A DNA stretch of 32,000 nt, from assembly GCA_000008885.1 (NCBI GenBank), contig BA000021.3, positions 210,001 through 242,000 of the forward strand. The letters run 5' to 3'. Under the pieces are notes generated by a model. The model was not told the origin of the DNA, searched no databases, and was given only the letters and a program-made list of their open reading frames with translations. The position numbers and the translations under genes are program-made. Shown here one piece after another: positions 20,106 through 30,844 of this stretch. Every line of letters begins with the position of its first letter. Within the stretch, counting starts at the first letter, position 1. Source of the stretch: Wigglesworthia glossinidia endosymbiont of Glossina brevipalpis (lineage in GTDB: Bacteria > Pseudomonadota > Gammaproteobacteria > Enterobacterales > Enterobacteriaceae).

Positions 20106-21047
20106 TTGATTAATTTGTTTTCTTTATCTTTAATTATTATTACTTTAATATCAGGAGTATTATTTGTAATTAATAAAATAAAAAATAACAAAATTAATTT
20201 TATTAAAAAAAAATTTTTTTATTATTTTATTAATAAATATAGTTATTTGATTAATACTATTTCTTCTATATTTCCAATTCTTATAACAATGATTAGCATT
20301 AGATTTTTTTTGTTTGAACCGTTTCAAATACCCTCTGGATCTATGATGCCCAATTTATTAATTGGGGATTTTATTTTAGTTAATAAATTTATTTATGGAA
20401 TTAAAAACCCAGTCAATCAAGATACTTTGATTAGAATAAAAAAACCAGAAAGAGGAGATATTATAGTATTTAAATATCCATTAAATTATAAACTTGATTA
20501 CATAAAAAGAGTGGTTGGAATTCCAGGAGATAGAATAACATATAATCCAATAAATAAAGAAATCAAAATACAACCAAATCAAAATACAAAAAAAAACAAA
20601 TATTCTAAATATTTAGAAATATTATATAGTGAAATAAAACAAAGTTTTTTTGTTCAAACTTTAAATTATAATAATGATTCAAAAATAACTAATGATTTTG
20701 AAATAATTCCTATAGAAAAAAATTCTAATATAGGCATAAGAATGTTATCTAGAACAGAAACTTTCGAAAAAAACATCCATGATATTTTGTATCTTCCATT
20801 GTGCCGAGATCATTTAAATGATTATTTTTATCAAGAAAACAGATCATTTGGAGATTGGATAGTTCCAGAAAAAAGTTATTTTGTTATGGGTGATAATCGT
20901 GATAATAGTTCAGACAGCAGATATTGGGGTTTTGTTCCTGAAAAAAATATAGTTGGAAAAGCTGAAATTATTTGGATGAGCTTTAAAAAAAATGAAAATA
21001 AATGGCCTACTGGTATACGAATTAATCGTATTGGAAAAATTAAATAG
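20106..21047 (+). CDS. lepB: Signal peptidase I, TTG start
   Basis: 313-aa ORF with FQIPSGSMMPNLLIGDFILVNKFIYGIK, RGDIIVFKYPLNYKLDYIKRVVGIPGD and GDNRDNSSDSRYWGFVP. AAGGAA lies upstream of the TTG, immediately downstream of lepA. Confidence 0.97.
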   Translation: MINLFSLSLIIITLISGVLFVINKIKNNKINFIKKKFFYYFINKYSYLINTISSIFPILITMISIRFFLFEPFQIPSGSMMPNLLIGDFILVNKFIYGIKNPVNQDTLIRIKKPERGDIIVFKYPLNYKLDYIKRVVGIPGDRITYNPINKEIKIQPNQNTKKNKYSKYLEILYSEIKQSFFVQTLNYNNDSKITNDFEIIPIEKNSNIGIRMLSRTETFEKNIHDILYLPLCRDHLNDYFYQENRSFGDWIVPEKSYFVMGDNRDNSSDSRYWGFVPEKNIVGKAEIIWMSFKKNENKWPTGIRINRIGKIK

Positions 21048-21139
21048 ATAAAATTTACTTTTTGAAATTATTAATTTTTTGAATTTTATTTAAAATTTTT
21101 GTTATAAAATTTATTTATTAATAAAATTATTTATTTTAT

Positions 21140-21820
21140 ATGAAAAATTTATTTTTTAATAAATTACAAAAAAAAATGGGGTATTTATTTCACAATAATA
21201 TAATATTAAAGCAAGCATTAACTCATAGAAGCTTTAGCAGCAAAAATAACGAAAGATTAGAGTTTTTAGGAGATTCTATATTAAACTATATTATATCAGA
21301 CGCTTTATATAATAATTTTACGAATATCCCTGAAGGGAAGTTAAGCCAAATGAGATCATATTTAGTTAGAGGAAATACTCTAGCAGAAATAGCACGCGAA
21401 TTTTGTTTAGGAGATTATTTAATCTTAGGAATTGGAGAAGTTAAAACTGGAGGTAAAAATAGAGATTCAATATTATCTAATGCTATGGAAGCTATTATAG
21501 GAGGAATTTTTTTAGATAGCAATATTAATAAAACTCATGAAATAGTGATATCATGGTATAAGAATAGATTATATTCTATGAGTCTAAAAAACTTAAAGAA
21601 AGATCCTAAAACAAGATTACAGGAATATCTTCAAGGGAATAAATTTTCTTTACCTCAGTATTATATTAAAAATATAACTGGAGAATCTCATAATCAAGAA
21701 TTTACTATATGTTGTTTCATTGATGATTTAAAAAAATCAGTTATTGGATATGGAAAAACAAGAAGAAAAGCGGAACAGTCAGCAGCAAAACAAGCTTTAT
21801 TATTATTTAATATTTTATAA
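21140..21820 (+). CDS. rnc: Ribonuclease III
   Basis: 226-aa ORF with LTHRSFSSKNNERLEFLGDSIL, LSNAMEAIIGGIFLD and a C-terminal dsRBD (DPKTRLQEYLQ, GKTRRKAEQSAAKQAL). Confidence 0.98.
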   Translation: MKNLFFNKLQKKMGYLFHNNIILKQALTHRSFSSKNNERLEFLGDSILNYIISDALYNNFTNIPEGKLSQMRSYLVRGNTLAEIAREFCLGDYLILGIGEVKTGGKNRDSILSNAMEAIIGGIFLDSNINKTHEIVISWYKNRLYSMSLKNLKKDPKTRLQEYLQGNKFSLPQYYIKNITGESHNQEFTICCFIDDLKKSVIGYGKTRRKAEQSAAKQALLLFNIL

Positions 21821-21926
21821 ATTAAAAAAATTAAATAAAAATCTTTACAAAAATTAAGTACATTTATATTTATATTTTGTATAATACAATATTATGAAAC
21901 TAATAATAGTAAAAATTTTTTAAAAC

Positions 21927-22664
21927 ATGTCTAAATTACTTTTAGGTGTAAATGTCGATCATGTAGCTTCTTTGAGAAATGTTAGAGGAGGAAAATTTCC
22001 AGATCCAGTGCAATTAGCTATATTAGCAGAAATAGCTGGTGCTGACAGTATAACAACTCATTTAAGAGAAGATAATCGTCATATAAATGAAAAAGATGTT
22101 ATTTGTATAAAAAAATCAATCCAATCAAGATTAAATTTAGAAATTTCCACAAAAAAAGAAATGATAAATAAGGCAATAAATATATTGCCATATTCTTGTT
22201 GTTTAGTTCCAGAAAACAGGCAAGAAATAACAACAGAGAGCGGAATAGACGTAATAAAAAATAAAAAATATTTAAAAAAAGTAATATGTAAATTAAAAAG
22301 TTTAGGAATAAAAGTATCTCTTTTTGTTGATCCAATAAAAAATCAAATTTTATCATCTTCAGAAATTAATGCGGATTGCATTGAGATAAATACTGGAAAA
22401 TATTCAGAACAAGATAAAAAAGAAAATAAAGAAGAAATAAATTTAATTAAATTATGCGCAAAATACGCAAATAAATTAGGATTAGAAGTTCATGCAGGAC
22501 ATGGATTAAATTATTTTAATGTAAGAAGTATTGTAAATATTAAAGAAATAAAAGAATTAAATATTGGACACTCAATTATAAGCAGAAGTTTAATAGTAGG
22601 AATGCAAAATGCCGTTAAAGAAATGAAAGATATAATATATTCGGAAAAAATAAAATGGCAATAA
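21927..22664 (+). CDS. pdxJ: Pyridoxine 5'-phosphate synthase
   Basis: 245-aa ORF with [50 protein letters not shown] and [14 protein letters not shown]. Confidence 0.98.
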
Positions 22665-23074
22665 TAGGAATAGGAATAGACATTGTAAATTTAGAAAGAA
22701 TAAATAAAATAATTTTATGTTATGGGAATAAATTTGTAAAAAAAATATTATCCTTTAATGAGAAAAAAAAATATTATGAGTTAAAAAATAAAAAAAAAAA
22801 TATTTCTGTTAATTTTTTAGCTAAACGTTTAGCTGCAAAAGAAGCTGCTAGTAAAGCTTTTGGATTGGGAATGAAGAAAGGTTTGTATTTTTCTCAATTT
22901 GAAGTATTGAATAATAATCTTGGAAAACCATATTTTAAGTTTAATAATACTGCTAAAAATTTAATAAAAGCTTTAAATATAACTAATATACATCTTAGTT
23001 TGACTGACGAACGTAAATATGCTTGTGCTACAGTAATATTTGAAGATAATAGAACAAATATAATTTTGTCATAA
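22655..23074 (+). CDS. acpS: Holo-[acyl-carrier-protein] synthase
   Basis: 139-aa ORF with [33 protein letters not shown] and [15 protein letters not shown]. It overlaps the pdxJ 3' end by 10 nt. Confidence 0.96.
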
Positions 23075-23241
23075 TTTTTATAAATGAAAATAACTTTATT
23101 GTTAAAATTTAAATATTTTACTTCATAGTTTTTCTTTTTTGTACGAAATATATTTTTATAAACAATTTCCAAAATTTTTAGATAAATTTATTTTTATCTT
23201 AAAATTTATAAATTATTTTTTTCTAAAAAAGAGATATTGAA

Positions 23242-23982
23242 ATGAATGCAAATACAATGTATAGCCATCAAGGTTATCTTCTAAAAAAAGATGACAATTT
23301 TTTATGGAAAAAATATACTCCAATGATAAGAAGAGAAGCTCTAAGACTACAGGTAAAATTACCAGGAAGCGTTGAATTAGATGATCTCATTCAAGCAGGA
23401 ATGATTGGTTTTTTATCAGCTATAGATAATTTTGACATTAATCAAGGAGCTAGCTTTCCTACATATGCTAGATCTAGAGTTAGATGGAGTATGCTAGATG
23501 AATTAAGAGAAAGAGATTGGGTTCCAAGAAGTGTTAGAAGGAATGCAAGAGATATTGCATCTGCAATTCAACGTTTAGAGCAAAGATTAGGATCATCTGC
23601 CAGTGAGAAACAAATAGCAAAAGAATTAAAAATTTCTTTGTGTGAATATCAAAAGATGCTTCAGGAAACTAATTGTGGTCAAATTTTTTCTTTAGATGAA
23701 TTAAATAATCAAGAAATAATAGGTTCATTTGGAATGAATATTCCAATAGACCATAGCAAAGATCCTTGTCAATTGCTGCTAATAAATTCTTTAAAAAAGA
23801 AAATAATAAAAGAAATACAGAAACTTCCTAAAAGAGAAAAAATTTTACTAAATTTATACTATCAACAAGAATTGAACTTAAAGGAAATAGGAGAAGTGTT
23901 AGGAGTAGGCGAATCTAGAGTTAGTCAATTACATAGCTTAGCTATAAAAAGACTTAGATCTAGGCTTAAAGAAAATATATAA
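23242..23982 (+). CDS. fliA: RNA polymerase sigma factor for flagellar operon, FliA (sigma-28)
   Basis: 246-aa sigma-70 family ORF with EALRLQVKLPGSVELDDLIQAGMIGFLSAIDNF, MLDELRERDWVPRSVRRNARDIASAIQRLEQ, region 4 LPKREKILLNLYYQQELNLKEIGEVLGVGESRVSQLHSLAIKRLR. It is near-collinear with E. coli FliA. Confidence 0.95.
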   Translation: MNANTMYSHQGYLLKKDDNFLWKKYTPMIRREALRLQVKLPGSVELDDLIQAGMIGFLSAIDNFDINQGASFPTYARSRVRWSMLDELRERDWVPRSVRRNARDIASAIQRLEQRLGSSASEKQIAKELKISLCEYQKMLQETNCGQIFSLDELNNQEIIGSFGMNIPIDHSKDPCQLLLINSLKKKIIKEIQKLPKREKILLNLYYQQELNLKEIGEVLGVGESRVSQLHSLAIKRLRSRLKENI

Positions 23983-24012
23983 TTTAAATTTTTTGTTTTT
24001 ATAAAATTAAAA

Positions 24013-26511
24013 TCAAGATTTTATTTTAACATTACTAATAATAGTAATTACTTCTATTTTCAATTCATACAACATATTTTCAAACATAATAAATGATTCT
24101 CTTTTGTATTCTTGTTTTGGATCTTTTTGAGCATATCCTCTTAAATGAATTCCTTGTCTTAAATAATCAATGGAAGACAAATGTTCTCTCCAAAAAGAGT
24201 CTAATGTTTTTATCATTATATTTTTTTCAAAAATACGCAAGTTTGTAGAACCAATTTTATTTTCTTTTTCATTATATTTTTTTAAAATAATAATTAAAAT
24301 ATTTTTATATAGTTTTTCTAAATTACATTTATTTTCTTTGTATAAAGATAGAATAGATATTTCTATGCAAAAATATTTTTTTATTAAATTTTCTATTTTT
24401 ATTAAATTAACATTTATTTTTTCTGAATGTTTTGTTTTATATTTTTCAAAAATTTTTTTTAGAACATCTTTTCTTATGTTATCAATTATATCTTTTATAT
24501 CTAAAGAGTTTAAAATTTCAGTTCTCTGACTATATATTGCTTTTCTTTGTTCATTTGCAACGTCATCATAATCTAATAATTGTTTTCTCATATCAAAATT
24601 TCTGTTTTCTACTTTTTTTTGAGCATTAGAAATAGCTTTTGTTATCCATTTATGTTCTATTGATTCTCCAGTTTTCATTCCTAGTTTTTGCATTGTTTGT
24701 ATGATTCTATTAGATGCAAAAATTCTCATTAAATTATCTTCCATAGAAACATAAAATCGAGAAGACCCCGGATCTCCTTGTCTTCCAGATCGACCTCTAA
24801 GTTGATTATCAATTCTTCTAGATTCATGCCTTTCAGTACCAATAATATGCAATCCTCCAAGTTTAATAACGTAGTTATTTTTTTTTACCCAAGATTCTTT
24901 TATTTTTTTAATTCTTTTCTTGTTTATATTTTTTTTATTAAAAAATTCAGACTTCCAATTACCACCTAATATTATATCTGTTCCTCTTCCAGCCATATTA
25001 GTAGCTATAGTAATGGATTTAGGACATCCCGCCTGCGAAATAATTTCAGCTTCTAATTCATGAAATTTGGCGTTTAAAACGTTATGTTTAATTCTTAATT
25101 TTTTTAAAATATTTGAAATATTTTCAGATTTCTCTATAGAAATAGTTCCTACTAATACTGGAATGTTTTTTGAATAACAATTTTTTATGTCATTTATAAT
25201 TGCATTAATTTTTTCTTTTTCAGTCATGTATATTAAATCAGGTAAATCATTTCTTATGACTGGACGATTTGTAGGTATTATAATAGTATCTAGTTTATAT
25301 ATTGCTTTAAATTCTGCTGCTTCTGTATATGCAGTTCCTGTCATTCCAGACAATTTTTCATACAATCTGAAATAATTTTGAAATGTAATTGAAGCTAAAG
25401 TTTGATTTTCGTTATTAATATTAACTTTTTCTTTTGCTTCTATAGCCTGATGTAAACCATCTGACCATCTTCTACCATGCATTGTTCTTCCTGTATGTTC
25501 ATCTACAATAATAATTTCATTATTTTTTACAATATAGTCTACATTTTTAAAAAATAATTTATGAGCTCTTAAAGCTGAAATAAAATGATGCATCAAAGAA
25601 ATATTTTTAGAAGAATAAAGAGAATCATTTTTATTCATTAAATGATTTTTAATTAATAAATTTTCAACTAATATTAAACCACGTTCTGTCATGTTAATTT
25701 GTTTAGATTTTTCATCTATTGTAAAATGTCCATTTCCTTGAAAATTTTCCGAGTCTTCTTTTTCTTGTTTGATTAAATTTGGAACTAACTTATTTATTTT
25801 ATAATAAATATCTGAATTGCTTTTTATAGGCCCAGAAATAATTAATGGAGTTCGAGATTCATCAATTAAAATTGAATCTACTTCATCCACTAGAGCAAAA
25901 TATAAATTTCTTTGAACTTTCTCATTTTCATTAAATATCATATTATCTCTTAAATAATCAAATCCATATTCATTATTTGTTCCATAAGTAATATCTGCTA
26001 AATAAGCGTTTCTTTTTTCTATATTATTTAATCCAGGCAAATTTATTCCTACAGTTATTCCTAAAAATTCAAACAAAGGTTTATTGTTATTTGCATCTCT
26101 TTTTGCTAAATAATCATTAACTGTAACTATATGAACACCTTTTCCCAAAAGAGAATGTAAATAAGCAGGAAGAACAGAAGTTAATGTTTTTCCTTCACCT
26201 GTGCTCATTTCTGCTATACATCTACGATTTAAAACTATACCTCCCATTAACTGGACATCAAAATGTCTCATATTAAAAATTCTTTTACTCGCTTCTCTCA
26301 CAACAGCATATGCTTCAGGCAATATGTTATTTAAATTATCACCATCTGAAATCCTATTTTTAAATTCTATTGTTTTGCTAGATAACTGCTGATCAGTTAA
26401 TTTTTCTATTGTAGATTCTAGACTGTTTATTTTTTTTACAATTAAATTAATTACTTTTAGAGCACGATCATTAGAATTTTTAAAAATTTTACCAAACAAT
26501 TTAATTAACAT
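24013..26511 (-). CDS. secA: Preprotein translocase ATPase SecA, C-terminally short
   Basis: 832-aa ORF with [72 protein letters not shown] and [48 protein letters not shown]. It ends at ...[18 protein letters not shown] without the Cys-rich tail. Confidence 0.98.
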   Translation of the reverse strand: MLIKLFGKIFKNSNDRALKVINLIVKKINSLESTIEKLTDQQLSSKTIEFKNRISDGDNLNNILPEAYAVVREASKRIFNMRHFDVQLMGGIVLNRRCIAEMSTGEGKTLTSVLPAYLHSLLGKGVHIVTVNDYLAKRDANNNKPLFEFLGITVGINLPGLNNIEKRNAYLADITYGTNNEYGFDYLRDNMIFNENEKVQRNLYFALVDEVDSILIDESRTPLIISGPIKSNSDIYYKINKLVPNLIKQEKEDSENFQGNGHFTIDEKSKQINMTERGLILVENLLIKNHLMNKNDSLYSSKNISLMHHFISALRAHKLFFKNVDYIVKNNEIIIVDEHTGRTMHGRRWSDGLHQAIEAKEKVNINNENQTLASITFQNYFRLYEKLSGMTGTAYTEAAEFKAIYKLDTIIIPTNRPVIRNDLPDLIYMTEKEKINAIINDIKNCYSKNIPVLVGTISIEKSENISNILKKLRIKHNVLNAKFHELEAEIISQAGCPKSITIATNMAGRGTDIILGGNWKSEFFNKKNINKKRIKKIKESWVKKNNYVIKLGGLHIIGTERHESRRIDNQLRGRSGRQGDPGSSRFYVSMEDNLMRIFASNRIIQTMQKLGMKTGESIEHKWITKAISNAQKKVENRNFDMRKQLLDYDDVANEQRKAIYSQRTEILNSLDIKDIIDNIRKDVLKKIFEKYKTKHSEKINVNLIKIENLIKKYFCIEISILSLYKENKCNLEKLYKNILIIILKKYNEKENKIGSTNLRIFEKNIMIKTLDSFWREHLSSIDYLRQGIHLRGYAQKDPKQEYKRESFIMFENMLYELKIEVITIISNVKIKS

Positions 26512-26658
26512 ATCGTTAAAAAATAACTCTTAATTTTTATTTTATAAGTTAAAAATTTTTAATTTTAAATTATTTTGAATTTAATTAAATTTAATAAATT
26601 TATTAAAATATTTTATAAATTTATTTATAACAAAAATAATTTTTTTAAAATTTTTACG

Positions 26659-27555
26659 CTAAAAATTATTTACATAAGAATGATTGTTTTTCATAGTAGA
26701 GAATTCCCATGTATTTTTATTTCTAAATATTTTTTTTAATAACATATAATGCATATTATGACCTGGTTTAAATGCTTTAAATGCTCCTACTATATTATAT
26801 CCTGATACAAAAAAATCACCAATAGCGTCAAGTATTTTATGACGAATAAATTCATTTGAAAATCTCAAACCTTCTTTGTTTAAAATTCTTTTATTTCCAA
26901 TAACAATAGCACAATTACAATTTCCTCCTAAAGCTAATTTATTAGATTGTAAATATTTTATATCTCTTAAAAACCCAAAGGTTCTTGCTTTGCTTATTTG
27001 ATTAATAAAAGAATTAACAGAAAAAGTAAAAAAGAAATTTTGAGAAGTAGATGAAATTACTGGATGATCAAAATCAATACTAAAATCTAAAGTAAATTTA
27101 TTAGATGGAGTTACTTCTATCCATTTATCTTCTTTTTCAACTCTTACTATTTTTTTTATATATATAAATTTTTTATCATGTTCTAATGTTTTAATTCCAG
27201 AAGAATTTATTATGATATCAACAAATGGCCAAGAACTTCCGTCCATAATAGGAATCTCTGATGATGTAATTTCAATAATAATATTATCAATTCCTAAACC
27301 ACATATTGCAGCACTTAAATGCTCTACAGTAGATATATTTACTCCATTTTTGTTCTCTAAAGAAGTACACAAATTAGTATTTTTTATTAAATTTACATTA
27401 GATATAAATTCTACTGGAGGGCTAATATCAATCCTTCTATAAATAATGCCAGAATTTACTGGAGCTGGATTAAGAGTTAATTTGACTGGTTTCCCAGAAT
27501 GCAATCCAAATCCTTTTATATTAATAGATTTTTTCAAAGTGCTTTGTTTAATCAT
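26659..27555 (-). CDS. lpxC: UDP-3-O-acyl-N-acetylglucosamine deacetylase
   Basis: 298-aa ORF with MIKQSTLKKSINIKGFGLHSGKPVKLTLNPAP, VSTVEHLSAAICGLGIDN, RHKILDAIGDFFVSG and GHNMHYML. Confidence 0.97.
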   Translation of the reverse strand: MIKQSTLKKSINIKGFGLHSGKPVKLTLNPAPVNSGIIYRRIDISPPVEFISNVNLIKNTNLCTSLENKNGVNISTVEHLSAAICGLGIDNIIIEITSSEIPIMDGSSWPFVDIIINSSGIKTLEHDKKFIYIKKIVRVEKEDKWIEVTPSNKFTLDFSIDFDHPVISSTSQNFFFTFSVNSFINQISKARTFGFLRDIKYLQSNKLALGGNCNCAIVIGNKRILNKEGLRFSNEFIRHKILDAIGDFFVSGYNIVGAFKAFKPGHNMHYMLLKKIFRNKNTWEFSTMKNNHSYVNNF

Positions 27556-27587
27556 TAATATTAAAATTATATTAATTTAATTAATAA

Positions 27588-28742
27588 TTAATCTGCTTGA
27601 TTCCTTAAAAAAGCGGGAATTTCTAAATAATCAGATTGTAAATCTTCTTTTGTTTTATTTTTTATCTTACTAAATTCATTATTGTTTTTAGACATTGTAT
27701 TTTCCTTATCAGAGTAACGATATCCAAATCTATCCATAATATTTTTATTTGATGTAGAATTTGTAACCAATTTAATATCTGGCCTTTTATCCATTCCAAT
27801 TCCTGTAGCTACAACTGTAACTCTTAACTCATCGTTCATACTTGGATCTAAAGATGTTCCTATAACTACAGTCGCATTATCTGAAGAAAAAGAACGTACT
27901 TTATTTCCAACAGCTTCGAATTCATCAAGCCTAAGATCAAAACCTGCTGTAATATTTACTAAAACTCCACGAGCTCCTGAAAGATCAATATCTTCTAAAA
28001 GCGGACTAGAAATAGCTATTTCTGAGGATTCTTCAGCTCTATTATCACCTTTAGAGATTCCTGACCCCATCATAGCATAACCCATTTCTGACATTACTGT
28101 TTTTACATCTGCAAAATCTACATTAATCAATCCTGGCCTGGTAATTAATTCAGCAATTCCTTGTACTGCATTTTTTAATACATCATTTGCCGCGCTAAAT
28201 GCATCTAACAAAGATATTCCTTTCCCTAAAACTTTTAATAGTTTATCATTAGGTATAATAATTAATGAATCAACGTGTTTTGAAAGCTCATCTATTCCTT
28301 GTTCTGCAAAAATAAGTCTTTTTTTACCTTCAAAGTTAAAAGGTTTTGTTACTACAGCAACAGTTAATATCCCAAGATCTTTTGCTATTTCAGCGATTAC
28401 TGGAGCTGCCCCAGTCCCTGTGCCTCCTCCCATTCCTGAGGCTATAAAAACCATATCTGCGCCATCTAAAATAATTCTTAAAGCATCCTTATCCTCTTCT
28501 GCAGAATTTTTTCCAACTTCTGGATTTGCACCTGCTCCTAGACCTTTAGTTATACTACTACCAATTTGAACAGTTTGACTCACTTCTGTTTTTCTAAGAG
28601 CTTGAGCGTCTGTATTTACTGCAAAAAAATCTACTCCTTCTATACATTCTCTTACCATATGTTCTACTGCGTTTCCTCCACCACCTCCAATTCCAACAAC
28701 TCTGATTACTGCGTCGCTAGTTAATTCTATAGGCTCAAACAT
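27588..28742 (-). CDS. ftsZ: Cell division protein FtsZ
   Basis: 384-aa ORF with [49 protein letters not shown] and the conserved C-terminal peptide [14 protein letters not shown]. Confidence 0.99.
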   Translation of the reverse strand: MFEPIELTSDAVIRVVGIGGGGGNAVEHMVRECIEGVDFFAVNTDAQALRKTEVSQTVQIGSSITKGLGAGANPEVGKNSAEEDKDALRIILDGADMVFIASGMGGGTGTGAAPVIAEIAKDLGILTVAVVTKPFNFEGKKRLIFAEQGIDELSKHVDSLIIIPNDKLLKVLGKGISLLDAFSAANDVLKNAVQGIAELITRPGLINVDFADVKTVMSEMGYAMMGSGISKGDNRAEESSEIAISSPLLEDIDLSGARGVLVNITAGFDLRLDEFEAVGNKVRSFSSDNATVVIGTSLDPSMNDELRVTVVATGIGMDKRPDIKLVTNSTSNKNIMDRFGYRYSDKENTMSKNNNEFSKIKNKTKEDLQSDYLEIPAFLRNQAD

Positions 28743-28798
28743 AATGCTTCTCCAAATTAATCAAATTAAAATAAAGTAATTTGATTAATTTTAATTTT

Positions 28799-30055
28799 TT
28801 AAAATTCTTTTTTTATCCAATTGCTAAATTTTTTAATCCAATTTTCAATAAAATTATTTTTTTCCATCGATTCTATTTCCTTGTTAAGAAAATATTCTTT
28901 TCCATAATGCAATAACCCTACTGCAGTAGCATAATAAGGATGATTAGAATAGTCAATTAAACCAGTTACATTTAATGGTTCACCAATTCTAACCTGAGTA
29001 TTAAAAATTTTTTGAGCGCAAGAAATTATACCATTTATTTGAGATGCTCCTCCAGTTAAAACTATTCCTGCTGACAAATGATGCTTTATGCTTTCAGATT
29101 TTAATTGTTTTTGTAATTTACAAACTTCTTTTTTAACTAAATTTAATAATTCTATGTATCTTGGTTCAATTACTTCTGATAACGTTTGTCTTTGTAATAT
29201 TCTAGAAGGCCTACCTCCTAGGCTTGCAATTTCTATATTTTCTTCTTTTTTTACTAAAGATCCCAATGCACATCCATAGTTTATTTTGATAGATTCAGCT
29301 TCAATTGGAGGAGTGCCAAATGCATATGCTATATCTCTAGTTACTACATTTCCTGCATACGGTATGACTTTTGTATGTCTCAAAGCTCCTGCTGTATAAA
29401 TAGCGATATCCATTGTTCCACCCCCAATGTCTACTACACATACTCCGAGTTCTTTTTCATCTTCTGTTAGAACTGCATAACTAGATGCTAATCCAGAAAA
29501 AATTACTTGATCTACTTTGACATCGCATCTTCTTACTGCTTTAATCATGTTTTTTGCCATACCATTATGGCATGTAATTAAATGAACACTGGCTTGCATT
29601 CTAATTCCTGACAAACCTATTGGATTTTTAATCCCTTCTTGATAATCAATTGTATATTCTTGTGGAATCACATGTAAAATTCTATGTTCATTTTTTATCC
29701 TAACTGATTTGGCTGTATGTACTACATTTTCTACATCTTCTTGTGTTACTTCTTCTTCTGGTATAGGAACTATTCCTATTTCATTTTGACAAGAAATGTG
29801 TTTTCCAGATAACGCAAGATATACTGATTTAATATTACATTCCGAAGTTAATTCAGCTTGATTAATAGATTGTTGAACACATTGAACAACTGCTTCTAAA
29901 TCATTTACCCCTCCTTTATCTATTCCTTTAGAAGGATAATTTCCATAACCAATAATTTTTACTATACCATCTTGTAAAATATCACCTACAAGAACAGCGA
30001 CTTTAGAAGTTCCAATTTCTAGCCCAACTACTAGTTTTTTATCAGTCGCTTTCAT
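28799..30055 (-). CDS. ftsA: Cell division protein FtsA
   Basis: 418-aa actin-like ORF with VGLEIGTSKVAVLVG, VVDIGGGTMDIAIYTAG, VVLTGGASQI and the amphipathic C-terminus WIKKFSNWIKKEF. Confidence 0.97.
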   Translation of the reverse strand: MKATDKKLVVGLEIGTSKVAVLVGDILQDGIVKIIGYGNYPSKGIDKGGVNDLEAVVQCVQQSINQAELTSECNIKSVYLALSGKHISCQNEIGIVPIPEEEVTQEDVENVVHTAKSVRIKNEHRILHVIPQEYTIDYQEGIKNPIGLSGIRMQASVHLITCHNGMAKNMIKAVRRCDVKVDQVIFSGLASSYAVLTEDEKELGVCVVDIGGGTMDIAIYTAGALRHTKVIPYAGNVVTRDIAYAFGTPPIEAESIKINYGCALGSLVKKEENIEIASLGGRPSRILQRQTLSEVIEPRYIELLNLVKKEVCKLQKQLKSESIKHHLSAGIVLTGGASQINGIISCAQKIFNTQVRIGEPLNVTGLIDYSNHPYYATAVGLLHYGKEYFLNKEIESMEKNNFIENWIKKFSNWIKKEF

Positions 30056-30095
30056 TAAATTTTTTTTCCATACTTATTTTAGTATATTAAAATTA

Positions 30096-30824
30096 TTATT
30101 TATATTTAATTGCTACTCCTGAATTGTATCTTAGATCTATATATTTAATATTTTTTTTTTCATTAAAAGATTTTTTTATTAATTCTGGATATATTTTGAT
30201 AAATATATTTAATTTTTTTATTTTATCATAACGACCTAATTTTAATTTTAAATTATTATTTAATGTTATTTCCCAAGAAAATATATTATTAATATTAACT
30301 GTTTTTAATTCTATATTATTATTATTTAGTATATTTTTTATAATTAGCAATGTTTCTATAATTATTTTTTTATTTTTATTTTTAAAATATATCTTTGGAA
30401 GATTAATATTTTTTTTTTTAATAAATGGAATATTAAAAATTGTTCCATTATAATCAATTAATTGAAAATCATTCCAAATTCCTATCGGAACATATTCCGA
30501 TAAATTTAACACTAAACAATTAGGCCATTTCTTTTCTATAATATAATTTTTAATCCATGACATTTTTTCGATTTGAATCTTGATAAATTCAATATCTTTC
30601 TTTACAAAATTTTTAGATAATTTTAAATTTAAAAAAATTTGACGAATATCTTCTTGTGGAGTAAAATTCATGTTTCCTTTTATGATTATATGAGAAATAG
30701 GGAATAGAGATAATATATTTGAAATATTTAAAATTTTTAAAATAAACCAAAATATGCTAGATAAAGATGAAAAAAATAAAATAATTTCTAATATTTTTTT
30801 ATAATTTTTTATTATATATTTCAT
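30096..30824 (-). CDS. ftsQ: Cell division protein FtsQ
   Basis: 242-aa ORF with an N-terminal TM segment, POTRA-like IIKGNMNFTPQEDIRQIF, MSWIKNYIIEKKWPNCLVLNLSEYVPIGIWND, and a C-terminal YIDLRYNSGVAIKYK. It lies between murC and ftsA. Confidence 0.93.
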   Translation of the reverse strand: MKYIIKNYKKILEIILFFSSLSSIFWFILKILNISNILSLFPISHIIIKGNMNFTPQEDIRQIFLNLKLSKNFVKKDIEFIKIQIEKMSWIKNYIIEKKWPNCLVLNLSEYVPIGIWNDFQLIDYNGTIFNIPFIKKKNINLPKIYFKNKNKKIIIETLLIIKNILNNNNIELKTVNINNIFSWEITLNNNLKLKLGRYDKIKKLNIFIKIYPELIKKSFNEKKNIKYIDLRYNSGVAIKYK

Positions 30825-30844
30825 TTATGTTATTTATTAAAATA

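Noticed and set aside
22099-22356. 85-aa minus-strand ORF inside pdxJ
   Set aside because: Phe/Leu-rich antisense shadow of an Asn/Lys-rich coding region. The TM-like look is an artefact of A-rich codons read in reverse.
22894-23172. 92-aa minus-strand ORF overlapping acpS and the acpS-fliA spacer
   Set aside because: It overlaps the conserved acpS 3' end and has no family resemblance.
24170-26392. Set of five plus-strand ORFs of 62-119 aa opposite secA
   Set aside because: All are antisense to conserved SecA motifs, with no independent RBS pattern or domain.
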